Assembly (NCBI GenBank): GCA_003602605.1
Contig: QQRW01000023.1
Coordinates: 5,297 to 66,528 of the forward strand
DNA from: Candidatus Poseidoniales archaeon
Lineage (GTDB): Archaea; Thermoplasmatota; Poseidoniia; Poseidoniales; Poseidoniaceae
Length of the DNA: 61,232 nucleotides
Direction: 5' to 3'
Below are positions 7,451 to 16,069 of this stretch, in pieces. Both the position numbers and the translations under genes were made by a program. Below the pieces are notes generated by a model. The model did not search any database. It saw only the letters and a list, made by a program, of their open reading frames with translations, and was not told the DNA's origin. How positions within the stretch are numbered: the first letter of the stretch is position 1; each line of letters opens with the position of its first letter.

Positions 7451-9790
7451 TCAATATTCAGCCAATGGCTTGGTTTCCAACCAATGCAGGCGTATTCCGC
7501 TTGAGTCCAACACCACATCGCCCCGTCCCGATAGCCCCAGTGGATTTAACCACAGTTGCGGTGATGCAGATTCGGACCATTCTACCTCAAGTGTGCCTGA
7601 AGAAACATTGATCTCTTCCTCAAAACAAACCGAATGCCACCCTGCTGCAAAAGACATCGAGATTGAGGTCGTATTTGTTGCATTGGATAACAGCAAGGTT
7701 ACTTCATCGAGATTTCCAATCGCTTCCAGTGCTAAACACGAACTTCCTTGGGCAGAATAAGTGGAAGAAAAAGATAATTCAGCGTTACTTCCTTCTGCAA
7801 TGTACGGGCGATAAGAGCCAAGATTGAGAGGGTCTCTGAACCGATGCGCAGACCAAGGGTCCGGCCGCAGTTCACATCCATCGACGCATGTCGATTGAGT
7901 GAAGGTCGCAAACGTCGAGACATCGGATGCACCAGCTGGGTCAAGTGCCCACAGCACGCTTCCTCGCACTTCGACGATCGGACTCCAGTACGGTGACTGC
8001 GACAAAAACCACCCAACTGTTCCAAGCGGTGAAGACAGTGCATGTGTGATGTTAAGTTTCTGTAGCGCTGCAATAGAATCCATGTAAACGGCTGTGGTTG
8101 CGTTGGCTTGTATGCTTGTCTCAATTTGAATCAAGCCAAGCGTTGGAATACTGGTCGTTGCAATGTTTGGTGGCGCAGCGTGAACATATCCCCAGTGCGA
8201 GTTTTCAGTGTAAACAATACTTCCATCCGGCAACAATTCCATTTCGGCATACAGCGCCGAATCACCTGCTGCGTAGGCTTTGAGTTCCTGATGTTCAGCA
8301 ACCTGCATGAGAATAATATTGCCGAACATGACCCCGAAGAGGAGTGCTATCGAAAGACCAGCAGTGAGGTATCGATGCATATGTGGGTCCCACCCAACGG
8401 TGAGCAGGTTGTGCTTCTCCTCGATTGATGTGAGGCAGGTGGTTTGACTCCACCACAACGCAACGAGTGCCGCTAAGGGGATATGGAAGGCATGAAGGCC
8501 CATTGAATACAGTGTGTATGAGAGCAACGAAAGCACGGGGATTTGTTCAAGCCCCTCAATTAGATGAATCGAAGTTAAAAGCCATAGTCCCGTGAACCAC
8601 ACTGCCAATAAGCGCCCCTCAATTGTTTGACGCAATTTCCAAGCGCTGCATAATCCGAGGACGAGGAGAATGCCGTTGTACATAAGCATTGGACGACCAC
8701 CTTGCCACCCATACTCTGCAAAGACAGCAGCGTCAAGCATGCGCGGAGCAAGAACCACAAGTGCAATCGCTGCAGCGATCGTAAGGAGTACGGAACTGGT
8801 AAGGAGGAGTTTTTTGATGTTCTCACCGTGCTTCTCACTCAAACTCAAACCAATCAAGAGATGCGCCAGCATGAGCATACCAAGGTACGTGGCACCCGTT
8901 GGATGTATCATCAGTACACAGAAAAACGCCATGACAAATCCAGTGGTGTGATGCTTTCCACGGGTAGAACTAGGCCTTAACAACACCAACAATCCAACGA
9001 CCAAACCAAGTTGACTTGCGACGGTTGGATAGCCTGAATCAAAGGTTTTTGCAAAGAGTCCTGCCCCCAATGCCATCGCCAATATTCCATTCGCACCGGC
9101 GCCGTGGCGGTCCATTGCACCCCCGATGCCGAGAAGAAGAACGGCGAGGGTGTAGTGCCCGAGCATGAACACGGATTCACTTGGAGCGAGGTTCAAGGAT
9201 TCCTGCATCCAAGCAGCGAGCGAAGGGAATCCGGGTGGATAGGTCCAAAATCCAGTGTTTGTGCCGGAGAGTGACAAATCGCCGACCGAAGAAATTTGAT
9301 GTGTAAGGGTCGAGAATCCAATCCAGTCAACTCCGAAGGGTGAATCCATCAGCAGCGGGAGCGTAAAGCAACTAAGAACGACTGTAGAGGCGAAAGCAAG
9401 CAACCATGGATTTCGCTGATTTTGCAACCATCGTTGTGCAGCAACTTCGTCGCTGATTGCTTCTTCAGGAGTGCCGTAGACCTCTCCATGCATAGCTCGT
9501 TCTAACTTTTGCCAAGATGTGAGTGTTCGGGCAACTTTTTTCCTTGAACGTAGTTGGGATATTGCGAGTGTGTTCAGCAGTAAAAATAGAGCACTCATCA
9601 ACCCCCAAGTCCATAACCCCGTCAGCAGGACAACGCCAGACAATCCATAGGCCAGAAGTAGTCCAAGTGCGGGTGCGAGCGTGAATTTCCGAAGTTTATC
9701 CGCACTCGCATCAAGTACTCTGCACAGGGCGTATCCGGGAAGGAATGTTACCGACAACAGGAGCGCCGCCGTCAGAAACACAGCGTTCAC
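7451..9790 (-). CDS. Multi-pass membrane protein with extracellular C-terminal domain; putative GT-C-fold glycosyltransferase
   Basis: About 14-15 hydrophobic helices; external-loop motif PFGVDW...H.I...YPPGF typical of GT-C enzymes; directly upstream of the GT2 gene. The product call is inference. Confidence 0.55.
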   Translation of the reverse strand: MNAVFLTAALLLSVTFLPGYALCRVLDASADKLRKFTLAPALGLLLAYGLSGVVLLTGLWTWGLMSALFLLLNTLAISQLRSRKKVARTLTSWQKLERAMHGEVYGTPEEAISDEVAAQRWLQNQRNPWLLAFASTVVLSCFTLPLLMDSPFGVDWIGFSTLTHQISSVGDLSLSGTNTGFWTYPPGFPSLAAWMQESLNLAPSESVFMLGHYTLAVLLLGIGGAMDRHGAGANGILAMALGAGLFAKTFDSGYPTVASQLGLVVGLLVLLRPSSTRGKHHTTGFVMAFFCVLMIHPTGATYLGMLMLAHLLIGLSLSEKHGENIKKLLLTSSVLLTIAAAIALVVLAPRMLDAAVFAEYGWQGGRPMLMYNGILLVLGLCSAWKLRQTIEGRLLAVWFTGLWLLTSIHLIEGLEQIPVLSLLSYTLYSMGLHAFHIPLAALVALWWSQTTCLTSIEEKHNLLTVGWDPHMHRYLTAGLSIALLFGVMFGNIILMQVAEHQELKAYAAGDSALYAEMELLPDGSIVYTENSHWGYVHAAPPNIATTSIPTLGLIQIETSIQANATTAVYMDSIAALQKLNITHALSSPLGTVGWFLSQSPYWSPIVEVRGSVLWALDPAGASDVSTFATFTQSTCVDGCELRPDPWSAHRFRDPLNLGSYRPYIAEGSNAELSFSSTYSAQGSSCLALEAIGNLDEVTLLLSNATNTTSISMSFAAGWHSVCFEEEINVSSGTLEVEWSESASPQLWLNPLGLSGRGDVVLDSSGIRLHWLETKPLAEY

Positions 9791-9852
9791 TTTCGGTCTT
9801 AGGTTTTGATTGTTCGGCTAACAATCAAATGAAAGTGGCCAGTCACAGAGGT

Positions 9853-10473
9853 ATGGTCAAACCACCGTTGGGCTTTCATCGGGTCATTGAGATCCCTGAT
9901 GAGTATTGGGTGTTTGACTTTTCCAAGGGCCCGCAAACAGATTTTGAAAATCCGTTTCTGTATTCGATTGGTAAATACGATGAGCGACGGCTTGGAATGT
10001 ACACAGCACCTCTATTTGGGGGGGTTAGAAACCATCACGTTGGCTTGGACATTGGTGCGCCGGTCCACACTCCGGTTTATGCCTTCAGCGATGGTATCAT
10101 TCATTCCTTTGGCGACAATGCTGAAGACGGCTCCTACGGGCCAACCATCATCACAGAGCACATCGTTGCCCTCCCATTGCATGTTGGTTCGGATCAGGTT
10201 GGGACGGCTGAGAAAATCTGGGTGCTTCATGGCCACCTCTCAAGAGAGAGTCTCGATGGCCTTGAAATCGGTCAGCGCATCGTTGCCGGTGAACAGATCG
10301 CTACACTGGGCGCTAAACATGAAAACGGAGGATGGGTTCCACACCTCCACTTGCAATTGTCTGTCTCCGAGCCTACTGAACATGATTTACCTGGAGTCGT
10401 TGATGAAGATGAAAGGTTGCAAGCCTTGTTGGACTATCCTGACCCGAGACTTATTGTTGGGCCGGTTTATTGA
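9853..10473 (+). CDS. M23 family metallopeptidase (peptidoglycan DD-endopeptidase-like)
   Basis: HVGLD (HxxxD), LHGHL, PHLHLQ (HxH), GAPVHTPVYAFSDG, YGPTIITEH. Start moved to ATG 9853, which follows AGAGGT. Confidence 0.88.
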   Translation: MVKPPLGFHRVIEIPDEYWVFDFSKGPQTDFENPFLYSIGKYDERRLGMYTAPLFGGVRNHHVGLDIGAPVHTPVYAFSDGIIHSFGDNAEDGSYGPTIITEHIVALPLHVGSDQVGTAEKIWVLHGHLSRESLDGLEIGQRIVAGEQIATLGAKHENGGWVPHLHLQLSVSEPTEHDLPGVVDEDERLQALLDYPDPRLIVGPVY

Positions 10474-11600
10474 ACCGATTCCAAGTGTGCTTTGAGTGCC
10501 GTAATTGGACCAATTGTAGCAGGATCTTTCCCGTGAAGGAAAGCGAGAGCAATCGAAATCCAATCCATCAAAATGCATAAGTGCAGCATTGATTCAAGCA
10601 ATGTGTTTCCTTCTCCAGCGATCTTCCAAGCAAAATCAGTCGTTGCGTGAGCGACCATCCAGTCCATACGCTTTGAAACTTGGCGATGCATGCCCTGCCA
10701 TGTGAGCAACATTAACACGTGATCTGAAGAAGACGCATCATGATCCGATCCTACTCCACCCCATGCCACACTTTCGTTGTGATTCATTTCAGGTATCACA
10801 CCAATTCGAGCAAACCGAGCGGAATTTTCGTTCAGTTGATTCTTGAATCGATTGAGAGCTGGTTGTAATTCAGTTGGGCCAAGCAATGCAATTGGCCGTT
10901 CGAGCATGCAGAGCGCCAACTGTGCAACATCCCCTTCCGGGTCATTCACAATGTCAAAGCCTTCTACTGCCAATTGGAGCCGGTCAAACATTGCATCATC
11001 TGAACCTTCTCTGGGCCGCGGCAAAACGCCAATGTTTCTTAGCAATCCGAGTTGGCGGCTGAATATATGTCCAAATGCAGTGCGCGGGGGCTGTCCTCCA
11101 ACGGAGGGTAGGAGGAAGCACTTGGGATAGATTTCCGGGAGACCAGATAGGATTCCACCGGTTGAAATAACAACGACTGTGGCATCAAGTTTCAGTGCTG
11201 TTTCAGTGGCTTCCAGTGCTTCTTCTGTGTTGCCACTGTGAGATGTAGATATGACCAACCATTCTGTATTCCACCATGACGGTAAAACATAATCGCGTTG
11301 AACGAGAATCGGTACAGTACCTTGGAAACTTGAAAGGGCCGAGATGAAATCTCCACCTGCGGCCGAACCGCCCATTCCTAAACAGAGAATCCCGCTCCAT
11401 TTGGTTTTTTCAATCTCATTCATCCAGGGGAAATGTTCTGCTGTTGCGTGAGAGATTCCACCTCGTAAGTCATTGACAAACGCTCGGGTAAGGTCGACAA
11501 TTCCTTGGTTGTCCAGCGCCTTTGCAAGGTCGGCTAGACTCAATTCCTGAGGGGGCTTATCGTTCTCCTGCATCGAATTGGGAGTTTCGTTCTTCTTCAT
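10467..11600 (-). CDS. pgi-pmi: Bifunctional phosphoglucose/phosphomannose isomerase (SIS domain)
   Basis: LGMGGSAAGG, STSHSGNTEE, ISTGG.L, QPPRTAF, RFKNQLNEN, PEMNHNE..W, GKDPATIGPI..LK. ATGA overlap with the nmd3 stop. Confidence 0.9.
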   Translation of the reverse strand: MKKNETPNSMQENDKPPQELSLADLAKALDNQGIVDLTRAFVNDLRGGISHATAEHFPWMNEIEKTKWSGILCLGMGGSAAGGDFISALSSFQGTVPILVQRDYVLPSWWNTEWLVISTSHSGNTEEALEATETALKLDATVVVISTGGILSGLPEIYPKCFLLPSVGGQPPRTAFGHIFSRQLGLLRNIGVLPRPREGSDDAMFDRLQLAVEGFDIVNDPEGDVAQLALCMLERPIALLGPTELQPALNRFKNQLNENSARFARIGVIPEMNHNESVAWGGVGSDHDASSSDHVLMLLTWQGMHRQVSKRMDWMVAHATTDFAWKIAGEGNTLLESMLHLCILMDWISIALAFLHGKDPATIGPITALKAHLESVQ

Positions 11601-12679
11601 ATCGACTTCCCCCCATTTTCTTCATCGCATCCGAGTTTGTGCAGTGCTAACCATTCTCCATCGATTCGAGCAAGTCGGAGTTTCTGTCGAGGGATATGGT
11701 CCCATGCGACCCGTACTTCGGCCATATTCCAACTGGTAGGGTCGAGGAATTCTGCAACCGAAGAATCTTCGTTGATGATGTCAGCGATAACATGGTCTTT
11801 CATTTGGGATACCACGCTCGACGATTCCAAATCCCTCCATGTTGCACCGGTCCTTTCTTGCCGATCGATGCGCGACATAATCGCTCCATCTTTCGTCCAA
11901 GTCGCCGGTCGCCAATATTTGTCCCTCCATCGCAAGACATCTCCAAGGTCGTAGCCTGGTTTGCGATAAAGCAAGGTCAGTCGAGTTACATCGATTCCGT
12001 CTTTACGCCCGACAGTTGAATTTGATTCTGCAACATGGCCTCCGTATTCACTAACTAAGTGACGCCCCCATGCTCGAGCGAGGCCTTTGCTGCCGAGGAC
12101 GACATCATACCCTCCGGTGACTGGGCCTTCTGAAGTGATGAAGAACATTGGGTCATCGGAAAGGTCTTCGATGACTTTGTCAAGTGTTTGCCGTAGTACA
12201 GTGAACTCTTCTTCAGAGAGGCGACGACCGGTTGAGCGTAATTGCACGGTTGCTTCGAAATAGTTGCCCGCCCGCCGTGTACAAGTGAGACATACACCGT
12301 TTGCCATTCGAGCACGCATGGTATGTTCTTCTTGGAATAAGAGATCTTCAATGACTCCTTCCACCTGTAAATGCAGTAGTGTGTGGCGGTCAGAAACGGT
12401 TCTTGTCTCCAAAGCTAAGCCAATGTCTTCCGCATTCTTGTGGAAGTGTACATGCCGTTGAATCAGTTCATCCCAAATTTCTTCTTCCGAGATGTGAACC
12501 CATTTCCCTTGAATCTCAACAATTCCACACCGTGCGCAACGTACCCATGGGATGTTTTCTGGGACTTGTACAAGTTTGATTCTTTTCCGAATGCACGGTT
12601 CACACATTCGATCGCCGTACAGTGGAGGGTCGGCTCCACAGACCAAACAGAAATCTCGTCCGAGTCCTTCGATAGCCAT
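11597..12679 (-). CDS. nmd3: NMD3 family ribosome biogenesis protein
   Basis: FCLVCG...MCEPC, CARCG..EIQGKW, CLTCTRRAGNYFEATVQLR, G.D...R.T.L.R.P signature. Confidence 0.9.
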   Translation of the reverse strand: MAIEGLGRDFCLVCGADPPLYGDRMCEPCIRKRIKLVQVPENIPWVRCARCGIVEIQGKWVHISEEEIWDELIQRHVHFHKNAEDIGLALETRTVSDRHTLLHLQVEGVIEDLLFQEEHTMRARMANGVCLTCTRRAGNYFEATVQLRSTGRRLSEEEFTVLRQTLDKVIEDLSDDPMFFITSEGPVTGGYDVVLGSKGLARAWGRHLVSEYGGHVAESNSTVGRKDGIDVTRLTLLYRKPGYDLGDVLRWRDKYWRPATWTKDGAIMSRIDRQERTGATWRDLESSSVVSQMKDHVIADIINEDSSVAEFLDPTSWNMAEVRVAWDHIPRQKLRLARIDGEWLALHKLGCDEENGGKSI

Positions 12680-12710
12680 CCCTCAAGTAGATGGGTGAAT
12701 CCATCCGCTT

Positions 12711-12914
12711 TCAATCTGTAGCATCATCTGATGTCCGAGCAACGGATTGCTCGGCCACATTATCTGCTTGTTCAGCATCCAATCCAATACTTGATTCAAC
12801 CGCTGCAAGTCGTTGCTCAATCGAGCGGCTGCGGACAACGACCGTCCAAGTCCAGATGGCAAGTCCGGCAATCATTCCAAGATAGGCGACGGTGAGATAG
12901 ACAGTTCCTTCCAA
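12711..12914 (-). CDS. Small single-TM protein, CcmD-like heme exporter subunit
   Basis: (M)EGTVYLTVAYLGMIAGLAIWTW followed by a charged coiled segment (RSIEQRLAAVE); TTG start 8 nt after GGAGG, immediately after the ccmC stop (alternative ATG 12929). Confidence 0.55.
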   Translation of the reverse strand: MEGTVYLTVAYLGMIAGLAIWTWTVVVRSRSIEQRLAAVESSIGLDAEQADNVAEQSVARTSDDATD

Positions 12915-12915
12915 G

Positions 12916-13620
12916 TTAATTTCCTCCATCAAGTGACTTTTGAACGCTCTCAAGCCGTTGCTCAAGGTGAGTAATCCGCATTGAAATGAGCATGTGACCG
13001 ATGATAAACACCGTGAATGACAGTGCTCCAATAAGCAAAACAAGGGACATTTCTGACTGTAGGGAGCCGCTGTCATCACCGGTAGCAATCACCGGCCCAG
13101 GGTGCCGAATTTGCCAGATTCTTGTCGCTATGTAGGTGAGCGGAACGAGCACAAAACCGAACAGGCCAAAGGTCGAAAACGTATCCCGAGTTTCAACACC
13201 ATCAGGTTGGCTTTGCCGACCGAGCACCAAGAATAAAGCAAGAAGGGTTAGCAATCCAAAGGTATTGAGTCGAACATCTGTCCAATCCCATGGAGTCCCC
13301 CATTCTGCAGCACCCCATACGCACCCTGACCAGACAGCCATTAGGCCACAGGCCAAACTTGCTTCTGTACCAGCAACATGCAGGCGCCACCCCATTGGGC
13401 TACGCTTGAAAAACCACAATGCAGAGCCAACAAAGAGAACGCCAAAGGCGATGAATGCAGCCCATGCTGATGGGACGTGCCAGTAGAATATTCGCTGTGC
13501 AGCAGGAGATTCAAAGGCATTGATTGAGACGCTGGGTGCCCAGTTCAAGCCGAGGTAGAGTGTGGTCATGATTCCGAGAAAACCCACGCCGAGCAACATT
13601 TCAGGAACTCGACCTCGCAT
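12916..13620 (-). CDS. ccmC: Cytochrome c biogenesis heme-handling protein CcmC
   Basis: RIFYWHVPSAW (His ligand 1), Trp-rich WWD-like WGAAEWGTPWDWTDVRL, RIWQIRHP (His ligand 2), about 6 TM. Start moved to ATG 13620. Confidence 0.85.
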   Translation of the reverse strand: MRGRVPEMLLGVGFLGIMTTLYLGLNWAPSVSINAFESPAAQRIFYWHVPSAWAAFIAFGVLFVGSALWFFKRSPMGWRLHVAGTEASLACGLMAVWSGCVWGAAEWGTPWDWTDVRLNTFGLLTLLALFLVLGRQSQPDGVETRDTFSTFGLFGFVLVPLTYIATRIWQIRHPGPVIATGDDSGSLQSEMSLVLLIGALSFTVFIIGHMLISMRITHLEQRLESVQKSLDGGN

Positions 13621-13658
13621 GGTAATCTCTCCGCGCTCTCCTTCTTGAACTTGGGTGT

Positions 13659-14873
13659 TTAGAGCGTTGCTGTGTATTCGGTTACCAAGGCCCAAGGAAG
13701 AATAAGGATCGGCAAAAGGAGCCGAAGGAATACGGCATTTGGTCGAGCAAGCCGTAGGGTGTTGATCTCAATGAAGCGGACAGAAGCCATCGTAAACCAA
13801 AGCACAAATGCGCCAATGAGCGTTACTTTCCAATCGAACTCTCCGAGAAAAACTACCGTTCCCATTGCCGTAAAGGCGATGCCCGTAAGCGGGGCAAACA
13901 AGTCTGCTGATGGCAAGCGTTGAACATTTGCTCTCCACCAATCCACTGCTCTCTGTTCCTTTAGCAAGTACAGCACAGGGTCGCCAGCAAGACCTGCCGC
14001 AAACGGGGCTGAAAGTGTGAGCCCCATAAGCAGTGTTCGGTCAGATATTGTGCTTGGGTCGATGAAAGCCATGATTGTGCCGAGGACAAGCAATGCAGTG
14101 AGTCCGTTACGGGCAATTCCTGCACGGGTTGAACGAAGATAGCGCTGACCTGTCTTGGATGCGACAAATGATTTCGGTACGGGTTGTCCGATTGCCGTCC
14201 AAGCCTCATTATCTGATGGTTTGTTCTCGACCTCTTCTTTGAGGTCATGCAGTCGAGTTGCGCACGCAAGCATTTCCGGATGATGAGATGCGATGAGGAA
14301 TCCATGGCCGGATTGACGCAGTTGACCGATGGTGGAAACCAGAGTGCGGACAGCTGATTGATCAAGGCCAGTTGCGGGTTCATCGAGTAAAACCAACCGA
14401 GGTTTATCTGAGAGCATGGCGGGTAAAAGTCCAGCAATCACGGCGACCTTTCTCGCCTGACCACCAGACAGTTGCGCGATACGGTCATGTCTTCGATGTG
14501 CAAGGCCATATGATTCAAGAATCGGTGCCAAATCTGTTGTCATTTGGGAGAGAGCACAAACGGTGTTGAGATGATTTTCAACCGTTTCATCTCCGACCAT
14601 TCCGTTGCTCTGCAAGGTGAGTCCGAAGGGATGGACTGGGCGATTTCGCCGCCCTTCATTGTCCACTACCAACGCCTCATGATGGGAAACTGAGCCCCTC
14701 TCCAAAGGCAAAAGCCGTGCACTGCATTCGATGACCGTCGACTTACCGGCGCCGTTTTCGCTGTGCAGTACTACGACATCACCAGGTTTGATTTCAAGGT
14801 TGAACGCAGACAAAACCTTGTTCATGCCCCGAGAGACCTCAAGGTCTTCGAGTCGAAGCAACGTTTCTGCCAT
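13659..14873 (-). CDS. ccmA: ABC ATPase (CcmA-like) fused to a C-terminal membrane domain (CcmB-like)
   Basis: Walker A variant HSENGAGKST, signature LSGGQ, Walker B LVLLDEP, H-loop ASHH; the last ~160 aa form about 5 TM helices; directly upstream of ccmC. Start moved to ATG 14873. Confidence 0.7.
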   Translation of the reverse strand: MAETLLRLEDLEVSRGMNKVLSAFNLEIKPGDVVVLHSENGAGKSTVIECSARLLPLERGSVSHHEALVVDNEGRRNRPVHPFGLTLQSNGMVGDETVENHLNTVCALSQMTTDLAPILESYGLAHRRHDRIAQLSGGQARKVAVIAGLLPAMLSDKPRLVLLDEPATGLDQSAVRTLVSTIGQLRQSGHGFLIASHHPEMLACATRLHDLKEEVENKPSDNEAWTAIGQPVPKSFVASKTGQRYLRSTRAGIARNGLTALLVLGTIMAFIDPSTISDRTLLMGLTLSAPFAAGLAGDPVLYLLKEQRAVDWWRANVQRLPSADLFAPLTGIAFTAMGTVVFLGEFDWKVTLIGAFVLWFTMASVRFIEINTLRLARPNAVFLRLLLPILILPWALVTEYTATL

Positions 14874-14962
14874 GGATGTCCGAGATTGCGAACCGACATC
14901 AAACCTCCCATTCATCCACAGATTCCCAATGGACTCAAATGAGTGGCCTTCCTAGCGTTTCC

Positions 14963-16000
14963 ATGAGCACCACGATGTCCTTGTTCGGCGCATCGGAATG
15001 GGTCTTGCTCTGTGTTTGGTTCATTGCCCTGTTTTGGCCTATTTTTTACGCCTTACGACACAAGACCTCTCTAGCTCTTTCCATAACCGTAAGCTTGCTT
15101 CTTGGATACCTCATCCAGTATTTTGTCGTCTTCGCAATCACGAGAGGTTGGATCGGTGGGTGGCTTTGGTGGGATTTTGTCCTCATACCGAACAGAGCAC
15201 TGGATTTAGCATGGTTTCACACGTTCTTTTCCGCAGGATTTCTTCACGGTGATGCACTGCATGTCCTGGGTAACATCCTCGTTATTGCCTTGGTTGGTGT
15301 TCCCCTTGAGCAGCGTTTGGGTGTTCGGCGATTTGCGACCGTTTATGCCATTGGATTGTTCGGTGGTTCATTTGCTTGGTATGTGTTCAATTCCGCATCA
15401 AGTACGCCCTCACTGGGTGCCTCTGGCGCAGCATTTGGCTTGTTCGGTGCATACCTAGCCGGGTGGCCGAAGGACGAGATACCCTTCCCCTTGATTCTGA
15501 TTCGCAAATGGCCGGTGCTCTACATCGCTATGTTTTATTTTGGGATGGAGATTTATCGTGCCTACACCACAATGGGGCTTAACCAAGCCAGCGATGTTGC
15601 CCATATGGCTCACCTTGGTGGCTTTCTAGCAGCATATTTGCTCCTGCCAATAATTGCTAAAAATGGCCCCTATGAACTCGGCGTCGAAGATGGTGGGCCA
15701 TCCTCTACAGGCAGTGAACGTTCGAGGCTGAATCGAATCAAGAGTTCGATGGTCGATATTTCGAAATTGCAAGATCCATGGACTTCTCGTGGATTGGACA
15801 TTCCACGTGCGGTGAGAGACCCGCTTCAAAGCCTCATGGCTTCTTCGGACGAACCCGAAACACGTATTGCTTGGATGGAGCATCTTGCAGATACTGCAGA
15901 GTGCCCAACTTGCAACGCACCACTAGGGGTTGTAGAGCGCAAAAACGGCCCTCAAATGCAATGTTCTATTGAACCTGAACATTTTCTTTGGCCGGAGTGA
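14963..16000 (+). CDS. Rhomboid intramembrane serine protease with C-terminal soluble Cys/His tail
   Basis: FLHGDALHVLGN, LEQRLG.RRF..VY, catalytic GASG, AHMAHLGG; tail CPTC...QC...EH. Start moved to ATG 14963. Confidence 0.9.
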   Translation: MSTTMSLFGASEWVLLCVWFIALFWPIFYALRHKTSLALSITVSLLLGYLIQYFVVFAITRGWIGGWLWWDFVLIPNRALDLAWFHTFFSAGFLHGDALHVLGNILVIALVGVPLEQRLGVRRFATVYAIGLFGGSFAWYVFNSASSTPSLGASGAAFGLFGAYLAGWPKDEIPFPLILIRKWPVLYIAMFYFGMEIYRAYTTMGLNQASDVAHMAHLGGFLAAYLLLPIIAKNGPYELGVEDGGPSSTGSERSRLNRIKSSMVDISKLQDPWTSRGLDIPRAVRDPLQSLMASSDEPETRIAWMEHLADTAECPTCNAPLGVVERKNGPQMQCSIEPEHFLWPE

Positions 16001-16069
16001 TGGTTGATGCCCCTTAGCCCCCATAGGGGGCTGTGAAGTGGACAGTTGAAGGATAGGCTCAAAGGAGTG

